Positions 1 through 7,428 of a stretch of DNA of 64,000 nt are shown here, piece after piece (positions within the stretch are counted from its first letter, which is position 1; each line of letters begins with the position of its first letter). Under the pieces are notes generated by a model. That model was not told the origin of the DNA, searched no databases, and was given only the letters and a program-made list of their open reading frames with translations. Made by a program: the position numbers and the translations under genes. This stretch comes from a virus, in IMG/VR virus record IMGVR_UViG_3300027969_002350, positions 26,494 through 90,493 of that record. The stretch is one strand, 5' to 3'.

Positions 1-119
1 CATTTAACTTAATGGAAAAAATGAACAAGTTGTTCAAGTGTTCAGACTTTACTGTAGTAGAATTAAAAGAAGGGTCACTAGTCAATGAGTCAGACCTTGT
101 CAAAAAAACAGATAAGTGA
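1..119 (+). CDS. Partial (5'-truncated) hypothetical phage protein, C-terminus FNLMEKMNKLFKCSDFTVVELKEG...TDK*
   Basis: Frame 3 is open from the window edge to TGA at 117-119 and overlaps the next gene. Translated by hand; not in the ORF track. Confidence 0.6.
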   Translation, partial: FNLMEKMNKLFKCSDFTVVELKEGSLVNESDLVKKTDK

Positions 120-426
120 ATCAATATTTAAACAGTTAAAAGTCTCAGTAGGGCAAGACTTAGAGTTTTTTCAAATATTTAAAAACATCAAAGGTACTAG
201 ATTTACCAGCACTGGGTTTGAGTTGGCTAAGAAACTTTGGAAAATATATCCAATAAAATTCAAACAAGAATACAGAGTACTGAACAAAACGTTGTTACTA
301 CTAGATGAGCGTATGGATTGGCCATATTATCTAAGTAAACGTCAATTGGTATTATTCAGTGAAATGGATGCGTTCGAGTTTACATTATATTCAGGTGATA
401 TAAATCTATGGTCCAACAAATTTTAA
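85..426 (+). CDS. Hypothetical phage protein
   Basis: 113-aa ORF overlapping both neighbours, operon-like packing. Confidence 0.75.
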   Translation: MSQTLSKKQISESIFKQLKVSVGQDLEFFQIFKNIKGTRFTSTGFELAKKLWKIYPIKFKQEYRVLNKTLLLLDERMDWPYYLSKRQLVLFSEMDAFEFTLYSGDINLWSNKF

Positions 427-1103
427 ACACAATCAAAGAACAAGGTTATTGCATTGTTCAAAACGCCATTAATGTTGAGGACATAGACGGTCTTAATTAT
501 TTACAAAGATATTTAGAACCACAACGAGGTCACGATTATACTGCAAAATATTTTCCAAGAAAAACTTTACACGAAGCCGGTAAACTTGCTATATGGTGGA
601 GTCAACAAGTTGTCGGTTGGGAATGTGTTAAATCTATTAATCAGAGTTTATTAGGAATTACCAAAGGCTGGTTTGATAATAACATTATCTATGTTAGTGA
701 TGTTATTACTAATGAGCCTGGTAATCAATTTGTAAAACCACACATTGATAGTCCATACCGTTTTGATCAATGGCATGAAACTTTTGAATTACTAGGCGTT
801 CAATGTATCGTGCCATTATGCAATTTTAACAAGGAAAATGGCGGTACTGGAATATATCCTGGCAGCCATTTAAAAAATTGGATTGTCAAGGACTGCTATC
901 GAGGAGTTTATACTGAAGAATTTTTAAAACATGTTGTCCAACCAGAAATGAATCCAGGAGATGTGTTGATTTACAATCCAAGAGTGCTACATAGTACCAT
1001 GCCAAATAACACAAATATAACACGAAGAGCTTTGCTAACTCACATAACTACCAAAGAATTAGCAGAAGAAATGAAATTGGTTGACAATTTGTATTTAGAA
1101 TGA
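408..1103 (+). CDS. PhyH-family 2OG-Fe(II) dioxygenase
   Basis: HxD (PHIDSP), ENGGT..YPGSH, GDVLIYNPRVLHS and distal RRAL are typical of PhyH. Confidence 0.85.
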   Translation: MVQQILNTIKEQGYCIVQNAINVEDIDGLNYLQRYLEPQRGHDYTAKYFPRKTLHEAGKLAIWWSQQVVGWECVKSINQSLLGITKGWFDNNIIYVSDVITNEPGNQFVKPHIDSPYRFDQWHETFELLGVQCIVPLCNFNKENGGTGIYPGSHLKNWIVKDCYRGVYTEEFLKHVVQPEMNPGDVLIYNPRVLHSTMPNNTNITRRALLTHITTKELAEEMKLVDNLYLE

Positions 1104-1104
1104 T

Positions 1105-1611
1105 TTAATCTTTAAAGAAACGTAGACTACAAAAATAAGCAAATTCATCGGACTCATTAGATACTTGATGCCATTGTAAAATTTGTACCTGAATTGGTTG
1201 CGTATAATATGCAGAATCTATTAATTCTACTTGATTAATATTAAGAGTAGGTGCAGGAGGCTCGACATTATAATTCATAGTAATTTGATCAACAATCGAT
1301 TTATACCAACTCATCTTAACATTATTACAATTGACTAATGGTAAATTTGTTGCTATTGGGTTCCAAGGAACAGTTGTAGTTGGTGCATCCAAATGTATTG
1401 CACTTTTATCATTAGGAGGCATTATAAAAAAAACTACACTCTGTAAGTTTTTAATGCCTAACAATGTTGCTATTTCTTTTATTTGTATTTCGGACGCTCG
1501 AAATACTCTAGTTTTTTTATCCAAAAGATCTTTATCTTTATATAAAATATCAAATAAAGCAGTAGGATTATATTCAAATTCTGTTAATTTATAATTTGGT
1601 AAAGTGTTCAT
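1105..1611 (-). CDS. Putative 2OG-Fe(II)/cupin-fold oxygenase
   Basis: IHLD...WHQVSN...SLRF facial-triad-like pattern. Start moved to ATG 1611, 5 nt after TAAATA. Confidence 0.55.
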   Translation of the reverse strand: MNTLPNYKLTEFEYNPTALFDILYKDKDLLDKKTRVFRASEIQIKEIATLLGIKNLQSVVFFIMPPNDKSAIHLDAPTTTVPWNPIATNLPLVNCNNVKMSWYKSIVDQITMNYNVEPPAPTLNINQVELIDSAYYTQPIQVQILQWHQVSNESDEFAYFCSLRFFKD

Positions 1612-1616
1612 ACAAA

Positions 1617-1622
1617 TATTTA
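1617..1622 (-). promoter_or_regulatory. T4-like late promoter core TAAATA, 5 nt upstream of ATG
   Basis: Minus strand reads CTAAATA-tttgt-ATG; the same spacing recurs at three other genes. Confidence 0.5.
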
Positions 1623-1714
1623 GTTCTTGTGTCAACGAAATACTGAGCTGCCGCGTTATATATATGTAGGGACAAAAATGTCACTACAGTTCATTAACCA
1701 AAAGGAAACGTAAA

Positions 1715-2011
1715 ATGAAAAATCTTATCGCCACACTAATCGTTGCAGTTGCCGCAACATCCGCTCTTGCCGCTGAACCAGCTAAGGTTGAAGCAGTTAA
1801 GAAACCAGAAGCTACTGCCACCGCAGTTCCTGCTACACCAAAGGAAATGCCTAAGGTTGAAAAGCCAAAGACAAAAGCTGAAAAAGATGCCGCTAAAAAG
1901 GATGCTAAACCAGCAGACACTAAAAGTGCCGCTCCAGCCGCAACTCCAGCACCTGCTGCCAAAGCAGACGAAAAGGCTGTTGCTAAGCCTGCCACAGCAC
2001 CAACTAAGTAA
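1715..2011 (+). CDS. Secreted/periplasmic Ala-Pro-Lys-rich small protein with signal peptide
   Basis: AAGGA RBS; MKNLIATLIVAVAATSALA signal peptide with AxA site; low-complexity A/P/K tail. Confidence 0.8.
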   Translation: MKNLIATLIVAVAATSALAAEPAKVEAVKKPEATATAVPATPKEMPKVEKPKTKAEKDAAKKDAKPADTKSAAPAATPAPAAKADEKAVAKPATAPTK

Positions 2012-2195
2012 TTTAGAATTAAACGATGAAGACTATGATGGTGGTTCAGACGACATAGATCTTCATCGTGGCTACAATAGACCTAAACTTATTACTGTTG
2101 ACTTAGACAATGATGATATTAGTGACTATGTAGCACTTAGATTACAACTAGCTAGAGCAAAGGCCTTAGAGGCTTATCGAGAAAAATGGGCATAA
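1887..2195 (+). CDS. Possible overlapping or frameshift-accessed ORF with acidic C-terminal domain
   Basis: The +1 frame is open 1743-2195 with in-frame ATGs at 1887 and 1902. Region 2012-2195 encodes a protein-like sequence whose stop lies in a terminator loop. Confidence 0.4.
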   Translation: MPLKRMLNQQTLKVPLQPQLQHLLPKQTKRLLLSLPQHQLSNLELNDEDYDGGSDDIDLHRGYNRPKLITVDLDNDDISDYVALRLQLARAKALEAYREKWA

Positions 2196-2208
2196 TGCCC
2201 ATTTTTCT
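2180..2208. terminator. Bidirectional intrinsic terminator
   Basis: Perfect 13-bp inverted repeat AGAAAAATGGGCA-TAA-TGCCCATTTTTCT between convergent genes, with A/T tracts on both arms. Confidence 0.75.
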
Positions 2209-3525
2209 TTATGTCCTAACAGGTAATATTTCATGTACCTTTGGGGGTGGTAATAGTTTTTCAGTGTCTGGCGGTAGGGCATCTATTATTTCAACTAACC
2301 AAGGAAATGTTACTTTCCAGTCAGTGCCTCGTTTTTTATCAAGTCTGCCTAAAAATAATGACAAATCTAATATGTGCCCGGGTTGCGTCGTAGATCCTTC
2401 TATTTCATTAAAAATGGCGGCAACATATTCTTTATAATTGGAACCTTTAGTAAAAATTTTCTCGTTTAATTCTAATAGTTCTTTAAAGTATTTTGTATAA
2501 GTACCTTTAGGCATAATATGCGGATCAAACATTATAGGGTTTATGCATTTATTATAGTTAACTTCAATGTGTTTTATTTTTTGCCATTCTACAACTTTTC
2601 TAATTAGTTTTGCAGTATACGGAATACTCAATGTACTCACTGTTAAATTAAATTGCATTTTAATGTTATCTTCTTGGCACTCGTTTAGTATGTATAATAA
2701 ATTTTCTTCAAATGTTTCCATGTCATGGCCAAAGCGAATATATTCGCTTTCAGATCCCCAACAATCAATACTAGCAGTTATTTCTACACAACGAACTGTT
2801 TTAGAAAGATCTTTAATTTTTCTAATGCCACGTTTAAATAGTTCTGGTTTGATTTGTAAGTTACTATAAATCTCAGCGTCTACTTCTAAATTAGGATGTG
2901 CAATCATCCAATCAATACAATCATATGTCTCTTGCTGGATAAAAGGTTCGCCGCCAAGAATGTCAAATGCTCGTAGACTAGAATAATTTTCTTCCATCCA
3001 AGTATAAAATTTTGCAAGACGTACTTTATAATTTGCATCTAGATCCCACGGATCCATGCCATTTACTCTGCCTTCGCCTATTGATTGTTTTTCTAATAAC
3101 CATGCACTACTTTGATTTGGTCCGCAGTAAACACATTTCATATTGCATTTATTATTAAAATGCACAGATAGCATTGTCGGTTTAACTCTTACTGCTGATG
3201 GATTAGTTAATAACTCCGATGGTACATATCTAGCATTTTCATCATTTTTTAAAAATTGTATTCGATCACTTAAACCACTGTGAAGTTCTTGATCTCTACA
3301 ATGTTCACAACCGCGGCCGTCGCTGGGCCATTCACCGCGTAACATTTTTTCTCTGTGTTCAACTACTGGTCCAGAATTATGAAAATCATAATCATCTGCT
3401 ATAAATGAATTTTTGTTCCTGTGACAGCCACTGCTCATGTTTTCCCATAGGTACAAACTAACTTGACTCCATTTTAATAGACAGGCTTTGTCGCTGGGAG
3501 GCGGAAACCATTTTGCTAATGACAT
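2209..3525 (-). CDS. Radical SAM protein with N-terminal Cys-rich auxiliary (twitch-like) domain
   Basis: CNMKCVYC, GGEP; N-terminal CLLKW..GCH..CEHC; C-terminal DKKRG. Confidence 0.9.
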   Translation of the reverse strand: MSLAKWFPPPSDKACLLKWSQVSLYLWENMSSGCHRNKNSFIADDYDFHNSGPVVEHREKMLRGEWPSDGRGCEHCRDQELHSGLSDRIQFLKNDENARYVPSELLTNPSAVRVKPTMLSVHFNNKCNMKCVYCGPNQSSAWLLEKQSIGEGRVNGMDPWDLDANYKVRLAKFYTWMEENYSSLRAFDILGGEPFIQQETYDCIDWMIAHPNLEVDAEIYSNLQIKPELFKRGIRKIKDLSKTVRCVEITASIDCWGSESEYIRFGHDMETFEENLLYILNECQEDNIKMQFNLTVSTLSIPYTAKLIRKVVEWQKIKHIEVNYNKCINPIMFDPHIMPKGTYTKYFKELLELNEKIFTKGSNYKEYVAAIFNEIEGSTTQPGHILDLSLFLGRLDKKRGTDWKVTFPWLVEIIDALPPDTEKLLPPPKVHEILPVRT

Positions 3526-3537
3526 ATTTTATCCTTT

Positions 3538-4878
3538 TTAACTACTCGTATTTATTACATTCATTTTAGCCCACCACTCTTGTAAAAATGGATAGTCTTT
3601 TATAACATCTGTTATGTATGATTTTCTTATGGTATCTGTTTTGTTTGCCCATGTAACGCCTCGGCAAAGTCTTTCTAATTGGTGAGTATTAAGTTTATCT
3701 AAATTTACATTTGTTCTATGTTCTATAATATTTGCTATTGATTCTAACTGTTGATAAGAATAAGGAAGCAATGTATCTTTATAATCTTTTATTATTGTTC
3801 TAAATTCTTCCAACCAAGGTTTTTTGTATTCACCCAAAAACTCAAATCCTAAATGCCAATTATTTTGATTAGGCTTAATCAAAGTAGCACTGGCAATATC
3901 TGCTTGTTCTTCTACTAAAAATTCAATAAACTCTCGCAGGCCAGATAGACTCAAATTTGTTAATGTGATGCCTGCTCGTATAGTATGCTCATAGTCTTCT
4001 CTTGTTTCTTTATATCTAAAACTGTTATGAATTATTCTAAAATTTGTTTTCCATTTTTCCCAGTTTAATCCAGTTCTGATATATTCAGCGGCTTTCCCGC
4101 CACTCTCTATACTTGCATGAACATACACCATGTTAAACTTGTTAATCATTTCTACAAAGTCATAACCTTTAAATTTTAATATACTAAGATTTGTTATGTA
4201 AGACATGTAAATATCTTCGTAGTCACAGTTCTGTATTAAATGATTCATAAAGTCCCAATGAACTTCGTGAAACAGCGGTTCTCCGCCCACCCATTGAATA
4301 TAGTCGAGAACTCCGGCATCGGCTGCCGCTTGCATTTCTTTTAATAAATGTTCTTGTCTTAAATCTTTATCAAAGTTAGTTATATTAGGACGAGTATCAG
4401 AATCTTCGTATCCTACATGCTCGATTCCATGTGCATCTTCCTCATGTTCAATTGCTGAGCTAGCAAACCAATCACAATGTCTACATTTATAATTGCAGAT
4501 ATTATTAAATCTATAATCAAAACTTCGCATTGGCATTGTTGTAGTACCATCTGGTGCTGTTTTTTCTAATGATTCTAGGTAAAACTTTTTATATCTTTTA
4601 TTAAAACTATCTTTATAAGAATTAACCCTAGTAACCTTGTTACCCTGTACATTGCAGTTATAACAATCTTTTGGCAATATTCCATTCATCATTTGATGTC
4701 TAATAGATTTAAGATGCGGGGAATTTTGATAATCGTCTAAACTATGAGGATTTAATAGCTCGCCCTTTTCATCAAATGCGCTAGGAGACATACTACAGAC
4801 TTTTCTAAGATAATCCGAATTGTGATGTGCATGAAGCCATGGTGCCAGACAAAAATTCTCAGGTATTACAATATTCAT
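3538..4878 (-). CDS. Radical SAM protein with N-terminal twitch-like domain
   Basis: CNYKCRHC, GGEP, FCLAPW...CYNC. Start reassigned to ATG 4878 after TATAAATA. Confidence 0.9.
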   Translation of the reverse strand: MNIVIPENFCLAPWLHAHHNSDYLRKVCSMSPSAFDEKGELLNPHSLDDYQNSPHLKSIRHQMMNGILPKDCYNCNVQGNKVTRVNSYKDSFNKRYKKFYLESLEKTAPDGTTTMPMRSFDYRFNNICNYKCRHCDWFASSAIEHEEDAHGIEHVGYEDSDTRPNITNFDKDLRQEHLLKEMQAAADAGVLDYIQWVGGEPLFHEVHWDFMNHLIQNCDYEDIYMSYITNLSILKFKGYDFVEMINKFNMVYVHASIESGGKAAEYIRTGLNWEKWKTNFRIIHNSFRYKETREDYEHTIRAGITLTNLSLSGLREFIEFLVEEQADIASATLIKPNQNNWHLGFEFLGEYKKPWLEEFRTIIKDYKDTLLPYSYQQLESIANIIEHRTNVNLDKLNTHQLERLCRGVTWANKTDTIRKSYITDVIKDYPFLQEWWAKMNVINTSS

Positions 4879-4883
4879 GCTGT

Positions 4884-4891
4884 TATTTATA
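4884..4891 (-). promoter_or_regulatory. T4-like late promoter TATAAATA
   Basis: Exact T4 gp55 consensus; TATAAATA-acagc-ATG. Confidence 0.65.
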
Positions 4892-4909
4892 GAACTGATT
4901 CTTGACAAA

Positions 4910-4938
4910 TTGACACAAATTGATTCCGAGTGTATAAT
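4910..4938 (+). promoter_or_regulatory. Sigma70 early promoter (cassette copy 1), probably leaderless transcript
   Basis: TTGACA-N17-TATAAT; ATG 6 nt downstream of -10, no SD. Confidence 0.85.
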
Positions 4939-4944
4939 TACGTT

Positions 4945-5187
4945 ATGAACAAAGAAAAAGTAAACGAAATTGTACAGTGGACTGGTGCGTTTTTTATTAC
5001 AGCCGGCCACGTCCTAAATACACTTGGTAGCGCATACCACCAAGATTTTTGGAATATTGCGGCATTTGCAGTTGGAACAACCCTGTTTTTAACATGGACA
5101 ATCCGTGTTGCAAATAAGCCACAGATGGCTGTTAACATAGCCGCATTGGCTACAATGGCAGTCGGACTATACAAAGCCTTTAATTGA
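4945..5187 (+). CDS. Small membrane protein (2-3 hydrophobic helices)
   Basis: Hydrophobic segments; ATG 4945 at the predicted +1; stop TGA lies inside the next TTGACA. Confidence 0.75.
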   Translation: MNKEKVNEIVQWTGAFFITAGHVLNTLGSAYHQDFWNIAAFAVGTTLFLTWTIRVANKPQMAVNIAALATMAVGLYKAFN

Positions 5188-5212
5188 CACAAATTGGTTT
5201 TGGCTATATAAT
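5184..5212 (+). promoter_or_regulatory. Sigma70 early promoter (copy 2), probably leaderless transcript
   Basis: TTGACAcaaattggttttggctaTATAAT; ATG 6 nt downstream. Confidence 0.85.
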
Positions 5213-5218
5213 ACTTGT

Positions 5219-5401
5219 ATGACACTAGCAAACGAACTTCCAAAAGGTCTTCAAACTGAAGACGAAATTTTAGCCGCAGGCTTTGCATTAATGAAGGAAC
5301 AACTGGGCTTAAAATCAGCCCGTTATTACTTCTATTACAATGAAGACTATCCTAGTGACTTAGTTAACGAGTATCTTTGGTTACAAGAACCCGTTAATTG
5401 A
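5219..5401 (+). CDS. Small hypothetical early protein
   Basis: 60 aa, bounded by two promoter cassettes. Confidence 0.75.
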   Translation: MTLANELPKGLQTEDEILAAGFALMKEQLGLKSARYYFYYNEDYPSDLVNEYLWLQEPVN

Positions 5402-5426
5402 CACAAATTGGTTTTGGTAGTATAAT
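5398..5426 (+). promoter_or_regulatory. Sigma70 early promoter (copy 3)
   Basis: TTGACAcaaattggttttggtagTATAAT. Confidence 0.85.
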
Positions 5427-5456
5427 ATACACATAGACAGCAAAAAAGGAACTTAT

Positions 5457-5738
5457 ATGTCATACGTAATTGTCGCAAAAGGTACAGGACTTATCGTAAC
5501 AGATGGCCCTAATCACAGTAAAGCCTACAAGACTTATGCCGCCGCTCGTGCTACTCGCACTCGTCTTTGCAATAAAGCAGGTTGGAATGCTGGTGATTTG
5601 AGCATTGTTGCTCGCGAAACTTATCGTGCGCCAGGTAGGATCACTGTTAAGAACTTGATGACTGGCAAAGATGTAGAAATCGATGCTGATACACCTTGGG
5701 CTTGTCGTGTAGACAGCGAAGCGTTTTGGTGTAATTAA
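5457..5738 (+). CDS. Small hypothetical early protein
   Basis: AAGGA RBS; 93 aa; C-terminal VKNLMTGKDVEIDADTPWAC...FWCN. Confidence 0.8.
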   Translation: MSYVIVAKGTGLIVTDGPNHSKAYKTYAAARATRTRLCNKAGWNAGDLSIVARETYRAPGRITVKNLMTGKDVEIDADTPWACRVDSEAFWCN

Positions 5739-5767
5739 TTGACACAAATTAGGTTTTATTGTATAAT
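5739..5767 (+). promoter_or_regulatory. Sigma70 early promoter (copy 4)
   Basis: TTGACAcaaattaggttttattgTATAAT directly after the upstream stop. Confidence 0.85.
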
Positions 5768-5791
5768 ACATTATCGCAACAAGGAGTTAAC

Positions 5792-6052
5792 ATGAAAGCA
5801 CTTCAAACATTTATAGACCAGAAGAACCGTTGGAACGCTATCTTCAATGGCGAACAATACGAGATCAAAACTGCCGCAGGCCGCCAAAAGGTAGCAGATA
5901 TGATTGACTCTGCATTGAGTCCTGAGAACTTGACCTGCGATGGGGAATTGCCCAGAGCAGAGGTCAATCGGAGATTCAAAGAGTTGAACTCTGCCGCTAA
6001 ACAACTTCGTCAGTTGGATCCCGGTGTTAAGTTTTACGAATACGATTATTAA
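5792..6052 (+). CDS. Small hypothetical early protein (LSPENLTCDGE motif)
   Basis: AAGGAG RBS before ATG 5792. Confidence 0.8.
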   Translation: MKALQTFIDQKNRWNAIFNGEQYEIKTAAGRQKVADMIDSALSPENLTCDGELPRAEVNRRFKELNSAAKQLRQLDPGVKFYEYDY

Positions 6053-6060
6053 GGAAAAAT

Positions 6061-6219
6061 ATGAGTGCAATGTCAGATATGTCAATTGAAATTCAAGGTA
6101 TGCTTGAAGATGGTTACTTGCCAGTAACTATTGCTCGTCAACTTGAAATTCCCATCACTTGGATCTTCGAGGAAATCGAACAAGAAGAACTAAGCCCGTT
6201 TGAAACAATCAATTCTTAA
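6061..6219 (+). CDS. 52-aa hypothetical protein MSAMSDMSIEIQGMLEDG..., possibly HTH-like
   Basis: TAAGGA RBS; fills the gap exactly; translated by hand, below the ORF-track cutoff. Confidence 0.7.
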   Translation: MSAMSDMSIEIQGMLEDGYLPVTIARQLEIPITWIFEEIEQEELSPFETINS

Positions 6220-6223
6220 AATC

Positions 6224-6457
6224 ATGAACGCATTTGACCGAGAAAACCTAGACTTCATCATGACTGCCAGTCCTGATGTTCTTAAAGAATTTTACAGCGA
6301 CATTGACACAGAAAATCTATTGTATCTTTTAAAATTGGTACAAGGTGAAATGAGTCGTTTGCGTTTGGAAGAAGTTGAGTTGCTTGACTTGGTCGAGCAC
6401 ACAGATGACGCAGACCGTGCCATCCTAGAGATGCTAGAGAAATTTGACACAAAATAA
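6224..6457 (+). CDS. Small acidic hypothetical protein
   Basis: ATG 4 nt after the upstream stop; the last codons (FDTK*) are encoded by the next promoter cassette. Confidence 0.7.
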   Translation: MNAFDRENLDFIMTASPDVLKEFYSDIDTENLLYLLKLVQGEMSRLRLEEVELLDLVEHTDDADRAILEMLEKFDTK

Positions 6458-6472
6458 TTTTGGTGTTATAAT
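6444..6472 (+). promoter_or_regulatory. Sigma70 early promoter (copy 5)
   Basis: TTGACAcaaaataattttggtgtTATAAT. Confidence 0.85.
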
Positions 6473-6493
6473 AACACTTTAATGGAGAGAATT

Positions 6494-6652
6494 ATGAAGC
6501 GAGAAATCATTACTGCTAAAGTTCCTAAACAGAAACGCCGTGCTGAGTTCTTGTTTCATAACGGTGCTTATCGCCCGCAGGTCGTTGCTAGCCAAAAAGT
6601 TTACAATCGTAAAAAATTGGTAAAAGTAGTAATTGACACAAAAGGTGATTGA
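6494..6652 (+). CDS. 52-aa basic protein MKREIITAKVPKQKRRAEFLFHNGAYRPQVVASQKVYNRKK..., weakly ArfA-like
   Basis: GGAG RBS; own promoter; translated by hand. Confidence 0.65.
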   Translation: MKREIITAKVPKQKRRAEFLFHNGAYRPQVVASQKVYNRKKLVKVVIDTKGD

Positions 6653-6661
6653 GCATACAAT
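6633..6661 (+). promoter_or_regulatory. Sigma70 early promoter (copy 6) followed by a 5' stem-loop
   Basis: TTGACA-N17-TACAAT; hairpin TACGGTGAA-TGG-TTCATCGTA at 6667-6687. Confidence 0.75.
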
Positions 6662-6722
6662 AGTGATACGGTGAATGGTTCATCGTACACATTTTTTACA
6701 CACAGAGAAAGAAAAATCTAAA

Positions 6723-6977
6723 ATGGCTACATCTAAACTTTTCAAAGTAGTTGGCGTTTCAACCCTTAATGGCAAAACTAAAGTTCGTTTTGCCAATGAC
6801 ACCGCCCGTGTCAAAATCCTTGTCAAGAACGGTCATACCGCAATTGACTTGCACGAGTTGCCTGAGGCAATGACAAAAGAAGCCGCACTGGCTCACGTTA
6901 AGGCTAATAACCTTTTTGCTATCCCTGCAGACACAGATATTTCTGCAGAAGACTTAGTAGCAGTAGCAGGCAAGTAA
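6723..6977 (+). CDS. Hypothetical phage protein MATSKLFKVVGVS...KVRFAND
   Basis: ATG 6723 after an A-rich leader; followed by a terminator. Confidence 0.8.
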   Translation: MATSKLFKVVGVSTLNGKTKVRFANDTARVKILVKNGHTAIDLHELPEAMTKEAALAHVKANNLFAIPADTDISAEDLVAVAGK

Positions 6978-6979
6978 TT

Positions 6980-7016
6980 AGGATGGGCACAGAAGTGTGC
7001 CCAATCCTTTCTTTTT
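6980..7016 (+). terminator. Intrinsic terminator
   Basis: AGGATGGGCACA-GAAG-TGTGCCCAATCCT followed by TTCTTTTT. Confidence 0.75.
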
Positions 7017-7027
7017 AGGAAATCATA

Positions 7028-7249
7028 ATGAGCAGATTACAGTTGCACGGACGCCAGTTCATGGTGTTTGATGCTAACAATAAAGATCATCGCAAGTGGT
7101 TTGCTGACTTTAATGCAACAAGACGTTGGGGTAAATGCCCTGTGCGTTTTGTAGTTAATGATGATCATGGCGACCTGATCACTCAAATCCAACGAGAACT
7201 AATCCAGTTCTATGTTGACAAAGAATTTAAAACCGTAGTAAAGAAATAA
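7028..7249 (+). CDS. Hypothetical phage protein (WGKCPVRF motif)
   Basis: AGGA RBS; 73 aa. Confidence 0.8.
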   Translation: MSRLQLHGRQFMVFDANNKDHRKWFADFNATRRWGKCPVRFVVNDDHGDLITQIQRELIQFYVDKEFKTVVKK

Positions 7250-7250
7250 A

Positions 7251-7364
7251 ATGACACAACCTGTAACAACACCTAAAGTCGGTGACAAAGTCCGTAGCTC
7301 AACTGGCGGAGTTATCACATACACTAAGACAGGTCTAATCCACACTATGTCAAAGAATCGTTAA
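7251..7364 (+). CDS. 37-aa hypothetical protein MTQPVTTPKVGDKVRSSTGG...
   Basis: Starts 1 nt after the upstream stop and ends exactly at the next TTGACA; translated by hand. Confidence 0.6.
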   Translation: MTQPVTTPKVGDKVRSSTGGVITYTKTGLIHTMSKNR

Positions 7365-7393
7365 TTGACATTAAATAGTTTTGACGTTACAAT
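7365..7393 (+). promoter_or_regulatory. Sigma70 early promoter (copy 7)
   Basis: TTGACAttaaatagttttgacgtTACAAT. Confidence 0.8.
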
Positions 7394-7428
7394 AGACACA
7401 TAGCAAAACATTTATAGGAGTATGCTAA

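Noticed and set aside
1607-1635. Minus-strand TTGACACAA as another early promoter cassette
   Set aside because: The -10 position reads TATGAA and overlaps the start codon; TAAATA-N5-ATG explains the gene better
1684-1995. Antisense 103-aa Ala-rich hydrophobic ORF
   Set aside because: Mirror of the low-complexity plus-strand gene, which has the RBS and signal peptide
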